Positions 44,379 to 54,200 of a stretch of DNA of 54,239 bases are shown piece by piece. Position 1 is the first letter of the stretch; every line of letters begins with the position of its first letter. Made by a program: the position numbers and the translations under genes. The stretch is from a virus (taxonomy: Duplodnaviria; Caudoviricetes), in IMG/VR virus record IMGVR_UViG_3300049070_000135, positions 1 through 54,239 of that record, one strand, 5' to 3'. Below the pieces are notes generated by a model that saw only the letters and a list, made by a program, of their open reading frames with translations, did not search any database and had not been told where the DNA came from.

Positions 44379-44965
44379 CAGTCACCCCCGTTCAGTTTAC
44401 GCCTATGGTACTCCGCTATCAAAACTGCTTCGGCACGGTCCGAATGCTTCTTGAGGTTTAGGTCGGTACCGGGAAAGAGTTCCAACGCAAGCAGTCGGGA
44501 CGCCTCTTTGTCCTTACCCGACAGTCCCAGCGACCGCTTCCACGCCTGGGGGGCGATGCGGGCGTAGGGCAGTCCCATCGTGGCCAGGACGCCTAGCCAG
44601 ATTCCGAAGGACGTGCCGACCCGGAACGCGGTCATGGTCGTGGCCCCGAACGCCCCCGCGCCGCCACGCGCCCCCGGGGCCTGAACCTGGGCCTGTTCGA
44701 CGGCGACCCGAATCTGGTTCCGGACCGGCCCCAGGACGCGAAGGGCCTGCAAGGCCGCCGGGATGTTCATCTCTGTTTTGTACCCGCCGCCGGACTTCTT
44801 GACTTTCAGGACGGGGATGTCGCCGACGAACGCCTTGCCCCACGCCAGCAGGGCGACCGCGCCGGTGGCCCCGGGGTCGATGCCCACGAAGATCGGGGCG
44901 TGCCAGTCCTTGACGGGTGCCTTGGCCACCTGGAGGCAAGCCTGGTACAAAGAGTTTTCGATCAC
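44378..44965 (-). CDS. RuvC-like Holliday junction resolvase
   Basis: FVGIDPG, VAVE, PQAWK, KEASR, DRAEAVLIA. Confidence 0.85.
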   Translation of the reverse strand: MIENSLYQACLQVAKAPVKDWHAPIFVGIDPGATGAVALLAWGKAFVGDIPVLKVKKSGGGYKTEMNIPAALQALRVLGPVRNQIRVAVEQAQVQAPGARGGAGAFGATTMTAFRVGTSFGIWLGVLATMGLPYARIAPQAWKRSLGLSGKDKEASRLLALELFPGTDLNLKKHSDRAEAVLIAEYHRRKLNGGD

Positions 44966-46170
44966 ACTAGCCTCGGGGCCGCCCCGTTAATCCGCCGGTT
45001 GGACATGGCGACGTAATCGGGATTCAACTCGATGCCCAGGTAGCGGCGGCCCAACTGCTTCGCCACCAGACAAGTGGTTCCAGCGCCGCTGAACATATCT
45101 AAAACTATACATGGGACTGTGCCCTCTCCGCAGTCGCAGCCGGCTTTCCAGCCAATCGTCTTCGTGCCGGTGACGTGACGCTGGGGGTCGCGGTTGCCGA
45201 CTTCCTTTCCGTCCCATTCCTCTTGGTGCCTGGGGTCTTTGGACACCCGAAACTGACTGTTCGGTCCGCCGAACACCTTACTGTCCAGCCCCGGTCGGGT
45301 GGCCACGCGGGTCTTTTCCAGCACGCGGACCACCGGCGCGCCGCACTTCCGGCAACAGCCTTTTTGGGACGTTCCCGCCCTGACGCAGACCTCCACCAGC
45401 CTTGGCGGGAAGGCGGCGAAGTGTTTTTCCTTCAACGGGTGGGATGCGATCGACCAGACCGACCGCTTGCGGCGGTTGTCACTACCCTCGAACACGGACC
45501 CGTTCGAGTGCTTGACACCTTCGATATATTTGTTGCCACCAACGGGGTCTGACCTGACCCTACCCTTCTGCGTGGCCGTCTCTTCAATCGCCTTCCAGTC
45601 GTAGAAGTACCGTTCCCGCTTGCTGAACATGAACACTATTTCGTGGACGCCACTGCACCGGTCGGTGGCCGATTGCGGCATCGGGTTGACCTTGTCCCAC
45701 ACAACCTCGTCCCGCCAGTACCACCCGTCGGCCTGCAACGCGAACGCCACGCGGTGGGGGATGCCGATGCGGTCTTTGGGTTTGAATCCTTCCAACTCAG
45801 CACGTCTGTGGGGTGCCCCGTTCGGGTAAGTCGCTCCCTTTTTCCACTTCGTCTGTGGTGCGTTGTCCCCCTTGCCCGCCTTCGTGCAGTAAGTATCCCC
45901 CAGGTTCAGGAACAACACGCCGTCGTCCCGCAGCACCCGCCACACTTGGCGGAACACCTGGACCATGTGGCAGACGAAGCATTCCCCGCACGGGCTGCCG
46001 GTCGCCCACCCCAAACAGTCGGGAACCTTTTCCGCACCCAACTGTCCCTCGACGCCGTAGTCACGGAGTCCGTAGTACGGAGGAGAGGTTACACAACACT
46101 GGACGGACTTCGCCGGCACCTTCGGCAGCACGTCCAGGCAGTCCCCGGTAATAATTCGGTTCCAACTCAT
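44962..46170 (-). CDS. N4/N6 DNA methyltransferase (beta class)
   Basis: motif IV TSPPY, HFAAFP, motif I VLDMFSGAGTT, LGIELN. Confidence 0.93.
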   Translation of the reverse strand: MSWNRIITGDCLDVLPKVPAKSVQCCVTSPPYYGLRDYGVEGQLGAEKVPDCLGWATGSPCGECFVCHMVQVFRQVWRVLRDDGVLFLNLGDTYCTKAGKGDNAPQTKWKKGATYPNGAPHRRAELEGFKPKDRIGIPHRVAFALQADGWYWRDEVVWDKVNPMPQSATDRCSGVHEIVFMFSKRERYFYDWKAIEETATQKGRVRSDPVGGNKYIEGVKHSNGSVFEGSDNRRKRSVWSIASHPLKEKHFAAFPPRLVEVCVRAGTSQKGCCRKCGAPVVRVLEKTRVATRPGLDSKVFGGPNSQFRVSKDPRHQEEWDGKEVGNRDPQRHVTGTKTIGWKAGCDCGEGTVPCIVLDMFSGAGTTCLVAKQLGRRYLGIELNPDYVAMSNRRINGAAPRLV

Positions 46171-46574
46171 GACGACTTTTGCTCTTCGACCAGGGTGACG
46201 ATCCGTTTGACGCACACCCTGGGGATGCGCATTAAAAACCGCCAGTCGCGGGTGGCCGGCGTCCACTCCTGGGCGATGGTGACGAAGTCCTGTTCCTGCA
46301 TGACGAGGTATCCAACGCTTTGCAGCAGGGGTGATTTGAACACCGCCCCCACGTCATCGGCGGGGACTTCCCCGCGGACGTGGCAGGCGTCCACCCACTC
46401 GACCAGGGCGACGGGGAACGGCAGGACGCTTTCCCCATAGGCGGGCTGCCGCACGGCCACCGGCACGTCCTGGGCGTCTACGGTCGTCTGCCTAGGGCCG
46501 GTCTGTTTTGCTTTCGGGTTTTTCGGGTGTCCGCGCGGCACATTGGCATCCTTAAAAGAGTGTGGGGTCGGCAC
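46167..46574 (-). CDS. hypothetical protein (start uncertain)
   Basis: VEWVDA...SVGYL...IP..CV pattern common in phages. Confidence 0.65.
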   Translation of the reverse strand: MPTPHSFKDANVPRGHPKNPKAKQTGPRQTTVDAQDVPVAVRQPAYGESVLPFPVALVEWVDACHVRGEVPADDVGAVFKSPLLQSVGYLVMQEQDFVTIAQEWTPATRDWRFLMRIPRVCVKRIVTLVEEQKSS

Positions 46575-46992
46575 GCCGCTGACGCTTCTGGACGTGGGGC
46601 GTGATGGTCCTGGGCTCCCGGCCCAGCAGCAGGCCGATCCGCTCCAGCGACATCCCCGACGCCAGGCACAGTTTCAGGACCGTGTCGTCGTGGTCGGTCC
46701 AGTACACCTTCCGGGCCGTGCGGCTTTCCCCCAGGTAGCGGACCACGATCCCGCGGACGTGCTTGTCGGGGTTGCACACCTTCGACGGGATGAACGTCTG
46801 AATCGACCGCAGGGACCGGCCCACGGCCAGGGCGATGGTCTTCTTGCCAGCCCTGTCCAGCCACATGGTCCAGGCCCGGCACAGGTCGTCGGCCGTCCAC
46901 GGCTTGCCCTGGTTGGGGAGGTCGCCCAGTGCCCGCTTGTCGGACCCGACCTTGCTTTCGTCCTCGTTGTAGCGACCGTTCTTCTTACTCAT
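46552..46992 (-). CDS. Myb/HTH-repeat DNA-binding protein
   Basis: WT.DD...IA..VGRS..SI and WTD.DD..L...I..LLGR. Confidence 0.65.
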   Translation of the reverse strand: MSKKNGRYNEDESKVGSDKRALGDLPNQGKPWTADDLCRAWTMWLDRAGKKTIALAVGRSLRSIQTFIPSKVCNPDKHVRGIVVRYLGESRTARKVYWTDHDDTVLKLCLASGMSLERIGLLLGREPRTITPHVQKRQRRADPTLF

Positions 46993-47273
46993 AGGGGTTG
47001 TCCCTTCGCAGCCTCGTTGATCTTGTCCGCCACGTATTCCAGCATGGCCGGGGTCCAGTTGTCCCCCCGGAAGAAACGGACCAAGTCAATCGGCAAATCC
47101 TTCGCCATCTTGTCGCCGATTCGGGCGTGTTCTAGTTCCTCCGGGGGTATCGGCGGCAGCACGGACTCAGGCATGTGACTGTCGCGGCACTTGTCGCCTT
47201 CCATCGCCACGGCGAAGCCTGCTACGGACAGGTATTGTCGTCCGCAGGACAGCAATACTTCGGCTAACGGCAT
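46989..47273 (-). CDS. hypothetical protein
   Basis: ATG 47273 just after the recA stop; ATGA overlap downstream. Confidence 0.55.
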   Translation of the reverse strand: MPLAEVLLSCGRQYLSVAGFAVAMEGDKCRDSHMPESVLPPIPPEELEHARIGDKMAKDLPIDLVRFFRGDNWTPAMLEYVADKINEAAKGQPL

Positions 47274-47281
47274 GGTGTTGT

Positions 47282-48388
47282 TTACTCGTAAGGGTTGTCT
47301 CTTTTGACCGCGCAGGCGGCTTCGATCTTGTCCCAGGCGGCCTGCACCAGTTGTTTCAGTTCCGGCTGGCCTTCCTCCGACCGGACGCGCTGGACGACCT
47401 CCTCGAACGTCCCCGTAACCCCGAACTCCGGGGCGTGGACGACCTTGACCTTTTCCGCCTTGCCGTTGTCCGTCTTGTCCTTCCTGGGCGCCCCCCAGTA
47501 CCCCACGTCGGCTAAGAAACGCACCGACGCCCCCAGGTTGTCCAGCCCGAAGTCGCGGTAGAAGGGGACGTGGACGGTGCCGTGGTAGCCGTTGATCCGG
47601 TTCTTGTGCAGATCGACCTTGATGAGTTCCCCGTTCGGCCACTCCTTGCCCAGCGCCTTGGTGGTGAAATGCTCCTTGATCTTGGTCCACACCTGGACGT
47701 TGGCGAAGTGTTTGATCGCCTTGCCGCCGCTGTACGTCTGCATCGGGAACGGGGTATTGATCCGGTCCCGGACCTGGCTGACGATGACCAATAGTGAGTT
47801 CGTCTCGGCCAGCATTTCCATCACCCTGCCGACGTTCTGGCTGTTGGCCCTGGCCTTGGCGGTGCCGTAGCTGCCCTTGCCCTGGGCCTCCCCGGCGTCG
47901 TACTTGCCCTTGGCCTCTGCGAACTTCTTGTCGTCGGCCAGTGCCCGCAGCGCGTCCAGGCTGTCCATGACCCAGACGCAGGGGGTCTTGCGGAGCAGTT
48001 CGTACAGCCGGTAGTAGAACTCTTCCACCGTGGCGGAATTGAAGAACTCGATGCGGCCGGCCAGCCGGTTCCCGAAGAACTTGCGCACGTCCGGCGTCGG
48101 GGATCGTTCGCTGTTGTCGTAGACCAGTCGGTACTTCTTGAACCGGTCGTCGTTGGCGGCGACCGCTAGGGAATTCATGCAGAAGAAGGACTTCCCGGAT
48201 TCCGATTCCCCCACGAACCAGGCGTACCCGCCCAGCCGGTAGCCCCGGTTCACCGACCCCGACATGGCCACGTTCAGGGCGTCGATCCCCGTAGACAGGA
48301 AGTCGGCGTCCGTGACCGGCTTCCGCCTGGGGGGCGGTTCCAGCAGTTGCCGGCGGACGGATTCGGTGGTTTCTTTCTTGCGGGGCAT
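47282..48388 (-). CDS. RecA/UvsX-like recombinase
   Basis: STG...LN.A.SG, Walker A GESESGKS, MDSLDAL, SQVRD, SGGKAIKHFA. Confidence 0.9.
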   Translation of the reverse strand: MPRKKETTESVRRQLLEPPPRRKPVTDADFLSTGIDALNVAMSGSVNRGYRLGGYAWFVGESESGKSFFCMNSLAVAANDDRFKKYRLVYDNSERSPTPDVRKFFGNRLAGRIEFFNSATVEEFYYRLYELLRKTPCVWVMDSLDALRALADDKKFAEAKGKYDAGEAQGKGSYGTAKARANSQNVGRVMEMLAETNSLLVIVSQVRDRINTPFPMQTYSGGKAIKHFANVQVWTKIKEHFTTKALGKEWPNGELIKVDLHKNRINGYHGTVHVPFYRDFGLDNLGASVRFLADVGYWGAPRKDKTDNGKAEKVKVVHAPEFGVTGTFEEVVQRVRSEEGQPELKQLVQAAWDKIEAACAVKRDNPYE

Positions 48389-48400
48389 GTGGGGTCTTTT

Positions 48401-48497
48401 AATAAAAGCGGGGGCGGCGGGCGGTGTTAAAGGGGGACTCCGATGGATCGTCCCGTCCGCAGGCTCTCCCTGCGGCTCTAGTCCGCCGCCGCCCCCG
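48401..48497 (-). other. intergenic three-way-junction structure followed by a U-rich tract
   Basis: 12-bp outer stem 48409-48420/48486-48497 enclosing two hairpins. Confidence 0.55.
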
Positions 48498-48512
48498 GAA
48501 ACTACCGAACGG

Positions 48513-49733
48513 TTACTTTTTGCCGGCCGGGGGCTTCTTCCGCCCCGGGGGCTTCTTGCCCGCGGGGGCCGGTTCCGGTTCCGGGGTGTAGTCGCCCCAG
48601 CCGTCGTCGCCGCCGGTGCCCCAGCCGTCGTCGGTGGCGGCCTCCGCGGCGACGGGGTCGGATTCGGGTTCGGCCAGGGTCAACTCGTCCAACTTGACGA
48701 CCGACGGCTTGTCCTTGCCGACGTTGACCTTGGCCAGCCCCTTGGCCTCGTTGATCTCCTCGACTACTCCGGTGATTGCCTTTCCCCGGTACTCGAATTC
48801 GACCTGGGTGCCGACTTCGATTTCTGGGGTGGTGACTTCTTCCGGTTCCCCCCAGCCGTCGCCTTCGCCGCCCCCTTGGTCGTCTTCCGCGGCGACTTCG
48901 GTTGTTTGGCCTTCGCCATCCTGATCCCCTTCGTTGTTGTCGTCCCCGCCACCGGCGGCGGACTTCTCCTCGGTCACACCGTAAAACAGCTTACGGATTT
49001 GGTCGTAAGACAGCAGGCTCGGCAGGTCGTCCAGGCAGACGCCGTGGTCCAGCCACCTGTCCTCCAACGGGGAATCCCGCTCCTGGAATTCGTCAATGCT
49101 GAACCACAGGAACGGGCGGCCGTTGTCGCCCATCGTCTCCAGCTTGGCGATCAGCCGCAGCGTGGACCCTTCGTCGGGGTCGAAGAACTTTTGGTAGCGT
49201 TCCTTGTTCTTGGCGCTGGCGTTGTCGATCTTGTCCCGCAACTGTTCGTGGAAGTTGAACGGGGCGACTTCCCACAACTGCACGCCCTTGTCCAGTTCCG
49301 CGTGGTCCAGGACCAGGATCAGTTGCCGGTCCTTGGGTTGGAACGGCTTGATGTCCTTCTTCCAGTCCGACTTGGGGTCTTGGGCCACGGTGTTGCGGTG
49401 TTCGCAGACCGGGCACGGCTTGCCGAAGTTGGCGGCCGGGCACAACACCTGATCCCGGTCGGGGCCGACGTTGTAGTGGACGTAGAAGGTGCGGAACGGG
49501 TACCACTGGCCGGGCTTGACGCCGTCCGGCTTGCGCTTGTAATCCAGGAACCGCTCGCCCACCTCGTAGGGGATGACGTCGATCTCGTAGGGGCCGGGCT
49601 TCTTGGGGGTCCAGGACGGGATTCCCTTCGGCACCCTGTAGAACGATTCCGTCTTGCCGGCCACGTCGGACGCCACCGCCGTGGGACTGGCCATCTGCCG
49701 CTTGCGGCGTTCGCGCTGGGTCTTGGTCGCCAT
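48513..49733 (-). CDS. gp32-like single-stranded DNA-binding protein
   Basis: VH...LCP...PCPVCE zinc site, FFDPDEG, long acidic C-terminus; between UvsY-like and RecA genes. Confidence 0.75.
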   Translation of the reverse strand: MATKTQRERRKRQMASPTAVASDVAGKTESFYRVPKGIPSWTPKKPGPYEIDVIPYEVGERFLDYKRKPDGVKPGQWYPFRTFYVHYNVGPDRDQVLCPAANFGKPCPVCEHRNTVAQDPKSDWKKDIKPFQPKDRQLILVLDHAELDKGVQLWEVAPFNFHEQLRDKIDNASAKNKERYQKFFDPDEGSTLRLIAKLETMGDNGRPFLWFSIDEFQERDSPLEDRWLDHGVCLDDLPSLLSYDQIRKLFYGVTEEKSAAGGGDDNNEGDQDGEGQTTEVAAEDDQGGGEGDGWGEPEEVTTPEIEVGTQVEFEYRGKAITGVVEEINEAKGLAKVNVGKDKPSVVKLDELTLAEPESDPVAAEAATDDGWGTGGDDGWGDYTPEPEPAPAGKKPPGRKKPPAGKK

Positions 49734-49763
49734 AGATACTCCTTGCGGTTCGGGTGTTTTAGC

Positions 49764-50267
49764 CTACCTGCGGTCGTGCTTGTCGATGCCCTTGAACGCC
49801 CTGGCGTCCCGGGCCTTGTTGACGATCGCCCGGACGTCGGGGCTGTCCATCCGATTCCGGGGTTCGGCATTCATGCCGACCAATTGGAGGATAGTCAGGT
49901 TTTCGATGCTGGTTCGCTTGTGGGCCAGGGCGGAAACCCGACCCCCCATGACCTTCAGCCGGCGGCGGGCCTCCAGCCGCTTCTTGACGGCCTCCTGGTA
50001 TTCGGGAACCCGGTAGACCCGGGCCTTGACGACGTACTCGGGCGGCTTGTCGTCCAGGTCGTAGTCGGACGGGGTTTCCCGGATGCGGATAATCAGGTCG
50101 TTCTTGATGAACTCTTCGGCGGCTTCGGCGACCCCGTGCTCGTAGTCGGCCTCCGCCTCCGCCTCGCAGGCGTTGAGCATCAGGTCGGGCTGCCGTGCCC
50201 ACTCTTCGGGCAGGTGGTCGGCGTCCACCACGACGGGGGACGGCTTGCGGTTGTTATTGGTCGCCAT
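49764..50267 (-). CDS. UvsY-like recombination mediator
   Basis: helical; L.EEW..QP, P.Y.L.DKPPE, AL.HKR..IENL; synteny. Confidence 0.55.
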   Translation of the reverse strand: MATNNNRKPSPVVVDADHLPEEWARQPDLMLNACEAEAEADYEHGVAEAAEEFIKNDLIIRIRETPSDYDLDDKPPEYVVKARVYRVPEYQEAVKKRLEARRRLKVMGGRVSALAHKRTSIENLTILQLVGMNAEPRNRMDSPDVRAIVNKARDARAFKGIDKHDRR

Positions 50268-50285
50268 CGGACTTTCCCTTTCACT

Positions 50286-50690
50286 TTACCTCAACCCGCA
50301 GTTGGGGCACACGACCCGCCACACGAAGTTCGTGGTCCTGGACATCGTCTGCCGCAGCCGCTCGCCGCAGCGGACGCACCGGGCGGGGTCGGGCCTTTCC
50401 CTGCGGCGGGACTTCCGGGCCTTGTGGGTCGGGGGTGATTTGGCCCCCTTCATGCTGTCGAAGTAGTGCCGGCTGACCCGCTGGAAGTCCAGAACCCGGG
50501 TGTCCAGGGCGATCGTCTTGCCGCCGAACGACACGCACAAAAACGGCAGGGACACCGACACGATTTCCCAGGGGATGCCGTTGTAGGTCGGCTCGACCGG
50601 GGTGCCGGTCCAGTCCTTCGGCGGGTCACAGCGGCAGCCGACCACTGCCACGAACTGGCCGACCTTCAGGTCGTCAACGGGCGTCGGCAT
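50286..50690 (-). CDS. hypothetical protein with C-terminal zinc ribbon
   Basis: AGGAGG RBS; CVRC...CPNC. Confidence 0.65.
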   Translation of the reverse strand: MPTPVDDLKVGQFVAVVGCRCDPPKDWTGTPVEPTYNGIPWEIVSVSLPFLCVSFGGKTIALDTRVLDFQRVSRHYFDSMKGAKSPPTHKARKSRRRERPDPARCVRCGERLRQTMSRTTNFVWRVVCPNCGLR

Positions 50691-50759
50691 GGGATTCCTC
50701 CTGTATTCGATTCCGGGCCTAATAGGTATATCACCGTCCGCCCAGGCACACACGCCATT

Positions 50760-51710
50760 CTACCCGGAAATCCTTCCGGTGGCGTTGTAGCAGGCGTTGG
50801 CCAGCAGGGCGTTGTCGCTGTTCTTTTGCCCGAAGAACGGGTCGCGGAACTCTTCGATGACGACGTTGGCGATCTTTTGCATTCTGGGGTTGTTGCCCAG
50901 CAGGTGCGTCCGGCAGGTCGCCATGACCATCTGGCGGATTCCCTCGGCCTCTTCGTCCTTGATCGCCTCCAGGACCGTGGCGACTTCCTTCCACGACGGC
51001 GAACCCTTGAACGGCATCAGGGCTTTGACCAGGTCGAAGGCGACCTTCGACGGGTCGGTCCGGTCCAGCGCCGCCGCCTGCTCCTTTTCCGGGAAGTCCA
51101 GCACCTTTTCCAGTAGGACCAGGGCGTTGCGGGCACTGCCGTTCGCCGCGTCGGCGATCCTGTCCGCCACCCCCGGCGCCAGTTGCTTGCCCTCCTGTTT
51201 GGCGACTTCCTGGACGTGCTTGACCAGGACCGGGACGGGGATCGGCTTTAAGCGGATTTCGGTGCAGCGGCCCCGCAGCGCGGCGATCACCTTCGACGTG
51301 TCGGTGGTGCAGAGGAAGAAGTAGTTGTGGGGCGGTGCCGTTTCCAGCACCCGGAGCAGCCCTTGCTGCGCGTGCGTGGCCCGGGACATGGACTGGACCT
51401 CTTCCAAAATCCAGACCCGGTGGTCGCCCCCCAGGGGCCGCTGGCGGACCGCCGTCGCCATCTGCTGCACGGTATTCATTGGTTCCATGACGGCACAGTT
51501 GATGTCGGCGTGGTTCAGCCTGTTCGTGCAGCCTAGGTGCAGCCGCAGGCAGTGGGCTAGTGTTGTCTTGCCGGTTCCGGTCGGGCCGCAAAAGAGTATG
51601 GCGTGGGGAAGGTTGCCCGACTTGATGTACTTGGACAGGGACGCCACGGCGGCGTCCTGTCCGACCATCTGGGCGGCCTTCTGGGGCCGATATTTTTGGT
51701 AAAGCTCCAT
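50760..51710 (-). CDS. clamp-loader (DnaX/RFC-like) AAA+ ATPase
   Basis: LYQKYRP, GPTGTGKTT, ILEEV, LRGRC, GSARNA. Confidence 0.9.
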   Translation of the reverse strand: MELYQKYRPQKAAQMVGQDAAVASLSKYIKSGNLPHAILFCGPTGTGKTTLAHCLRLHLGCTNRLNHADINCAVMEPMNTVQQMATAVRQRPLGGDHRVWILEEVQSMSRATHAQQGLLRVLETAPPHNYFFLCTTDTSKVIAALRGRCTEIRLKPIPVPVLVKHVQEVAKQEGKQLAPGVADRIADAANGSARNALVLLEKVLDFPEKEQAAALDRTDPSKVAFDLVKALMPFKGSPSWKEVATVLEAIKDEEAEGIRQMVMATCRTHLLGNNPRMQKIANVVIEEFRDPFFGQKNSDNALLANACYNATGRISG

Positions 51711-51720
51711 CGGTTTTTCC

Positions 51721-51984
51721 TCACGGCCAGTCGGGATAAAAAACGACGCCGTCCCCGCCCGGGTGTGGCCTGCCGTCGTCGCCCCGGCCGTTCGTCCGCA
51801 ACACCTCGACGGCATTGACCCGCGGCATGGCGGCGATCAGCGGGATCAGCCGGGACGGTGTGTGGAAGGCCGGAATGACTTTGTTCACCGCCTGGGCGAT
51901 GTCCGTGTTGTCGTAGTTGTCCTTGATCTCCGTTTCCTGCCGCCACACCCGGATCACGGCCCGGGGGGTTTCCATCCGGAACAT
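51721..51984 (-). CDS. hypothetical protein
   Basis: codon bias, operon packing. Confidence 0.55.
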   Translation of the reverse strand: MFRMETPRAVIRVWRQETEIKDNYDNTDIAQAVNKVIPAFHTPSRLIPLIAAMPRVNAVEVLRTNGRGDDGRPHPGGDGVVFYPDWP

Positions 51985-51995
51985 CGACTCGATGA

Positions 51996-52484
51996 CTACC
52001 CGACCAGCCTGGGGCCGTTGCGGTGCGCCCGGGTCGGGGGGTGGTGTGGGATCGGCGGACATTGGACCCTGATGACCTCCACTTTGACGCCTGCCTTGCG
52101 GCACAGGTCGATGGTGAACTTCGTTCCGGGACTGACACCGTCCCAGAAAAACGCCCCATACTTCTGTCGGTGCCGGGAAAGCTCTTCGACCATTTCCCGG
52201 TTGCGGATCAGAAACACTTCCGGGGCCTTGTGGCTGTCGAAGTCTGGGTGGAACCGCAGCAGCGGGTAGTAGTGGGAACACGCCCACTCTTCGCCGAACA
52301 GGTCGGCCCCGACCTTCTGCGCCTTGCCGTCGATCGTCAGCCAGTAGTAGCCGGCCCCGGTCAGGACCACGGGCTTAGCCAGCCGGCGGGTCAGCCGGTC
52401 CATCGTCCTGAACAGGAACGCCCTGTCCGCGAAGGTCCGTGTCCCCCCGATCAGCACCCTGGGTTGGTCGTTTTCCGACGCCAT
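51996..52484 (-). CDS. SLOG-family (DUF2493/YspA-like) protein
   Basis: VLIGGTRTF.D, GAD..G..WA, RN.EM, FWDG.S.GT. Confidence 0.8.
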   Translation of the reverse strand: MASENDQPRVLIGGTRTFADRAFLFRTMDRLTRRLAKPVVLTGAGYYWLTIDGKAQKVGADLFGEEWACSHYYPLLRFHPDFDSHKAPEVFLIRNREMVEELSRHRQKYGAFFWDGVSPGTKFTIDLCRKAGVKVEVIRVQCPPIPHHPPTRAHRNGPRLVG

Positions 52485-52722
52485 AAGCCTTCTCCATGTT
52501 GTCGGCGGCCTCGCGCAGCATGTAGACCGCCGCTTCGATGTTGCTGGGCTGGTGCGGGAAGTTGGTCCGCACGCACACCCGGCCGTCGTTGTTGGACAGG
52601 ACGATGATGCCGTACACGCCTTCCGGGACGCTGTCGGCGACGGCGGAGATCACCGCGTCGGACATGTCCTCGAAGTCCCGCTCCGGGATGATACACCGGA
52701 GAATATTAGTTTCGTCGGGCAT
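52375..52722 (-). CDS. hypothetical protein
   Basis: TGATG overlap with the polymerase stop. Confidence 0.55.
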   Translation of the reverse strand: MPDETNILRCIIPERDFEDMSDAVISAVADSVPEGVYGIIVLSNNDGRVCVRTNFPHQPSNIEAAVYMLREAADNMEKAYGVGKRPTQGADRGDTDLRGQGVPVQDDGPADPPAG

Positions 52723-54200
52723 CAGGCTTTCACCCCCCAGGTGTTGTTGGGATACCGAACCCACTCCCTTTTGGAAAACCAGCTTTCCCCGATCGGACAC
52801 ACCTCCGATTCCGTCTCTAACGGGACAATAATCCAGTCCCAGTGCTTCATCAGCCGGTCCACCATGACCCCGTGGGCCAGGTCCAGGAAGCTGTTCAGTT
52901 CGTCCGGCGGACTATTAAATTGTAAAGAGTCATGGATTTCACCCACGATCCGGGTCTTCATCTTGTACCGCCGCAGCGCCTTGACCAGTTCGATCAGCGA
53001 CCACAGGTTGCACTGGAAGCTGTCACACTGGATGCCGTAGTTCAACACCTCGTTACGGGTCATTGGGCCGTTCCAGGCGAACCCGACGTAGGACGAAAAG
53101 CCGCCATCCTTGACGTACCGGTCGAACCAGTCCCGCTTCCACTGCGTGTACACGGGGAAGCGTTTGTTCCACATATATTCCTCACGCTTCTTCAGGTGGG
53201 CGACGAACGTGTGGTCACCGTTGTCGGCGTTCGGGGAACAGTCGCCCAGTTCCGTGATCCCGTTATTCGCCAGGTGTTCGTACAGCGGCGGGCCGTCCTT
53301 GACCCGGATGTTCTGCCGCCCCAGCGCCTCCCAGATTTCCCGGGCGCATTGGAAATAAACGGAACCATAGAGTTGGGGGAATGTCCACCTGTTCTTCGCC
53401 GTGTGCCGGGCGTCCTTCGTCACCTGTTCGGGCTTCAGAAAGAACATCCCGCACGCCTCGTCGCGGTGCATGTCCTTCGACTTGTCTTTGATGTAGGCGA
53501 TCAGGTTGGGGTCTTTCGTGTAGCAGGCGGCGATCCGTACTTCGATCTGTGCGTAGTCGATCTCCCCGAAGTGCCAGCCGTCCGGGGCGATGAAACAGCG
53601 GCGGATGATCTCGGCGATGTCCGGCATCCTGACGGGTTGGTTTTGATAGTTGATTAAGTTGCACGAAGATCGGAACGACGATACGGTGTTCAGGTTGTAG
53701 GACGGGTGGACGAACCAGCCGTCGGGCGTTTCCACGCACTCCCGCAGCAGTCCCATCAGGTAGGTGCTTAACGCCTTCTTGAGTTCTTCCGCCTTCAGCC
53801 AGGTCTTGACGAAGTCCAGGGGGACGTCCTCCAGGGACGCCTTCGCCGCCGACGCCCTGGCCTCCTTGCCCGTGCCCCCGGCCGTGTAGGACCGGGGATT
53901 GAACCCCATGCCGCCGACGACCTTCCCCGCCTTGTCCTTCGTGCCGAACAACACGTCGGCCAATTGGTCGCGGCTGCCCAGCTTGGTCCTGTCCCCGAAC
54001 CGCCGCCGCCAGGTCTTGTACACGCCGTCGGGGTGGGCCTTCAGTTCCTCTTCCATCACCCTGACTCTGGCAGACACCTGTTTGATCGCACCGTCGAGGT
54101 AGGACTTATCGACCCGAACGCCCCAGGCTTCGACCTGGGACAGTGCGATCTGCCCGTCGATGAGTAGCCGATTGGCTTCCGCCGTGGTTCGGTGTTTCAT
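52722..54200 (-). CDS. polA: family A DNA polymerase, polymerase domain only
   Basis: motif A DYAQIEVR, motif B RHTAK...F..LYG, NYGIQ, motif C IHDS. Confidence 0.92.
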   Translation of the reverse strand: MKHRTTAEANRLLIDGQIALSQVEAWGVRVDKSYLDGAIKQVSARVRVMEEELKAHPDGVYKTWRRRFGDRTKLGSRDQLADVLFGTKDKAGKVVGGMGFNPRSYTAGGTGKEARASAAKASLEDVPLDFVKTWLKAEELKKALSTYLMGLLRECVETPDGWFVHPSYNLNTVSSFRSSCNLINYQNQPVRMPDIAEIIRRCFIAPDGWHFGEIDYAQIEVRIAACYTKDPNLIAYIKDKSKDMHRDEACGMFFLKPEQVTKDARHTAKNRWTFPQLYGSVYFQCAREIWEALGRQNIRVKDGPPLYEHLANNGITELGDCSPNADNGDHTFVAHLKKREEYMWNKRFPVYTQWKRDWFDRYVKDGGFSSYVGFAWNGPMTRNEVLNYGIQCDSFQCNLWSLIELVKALRRYKMKTRIVGEIHDSLQFNSPPDELNSFLDLAHGVMVDRLMKHWDWIIVPLETESEVCPIGESWFSKREWVRYPNNTWGVKA

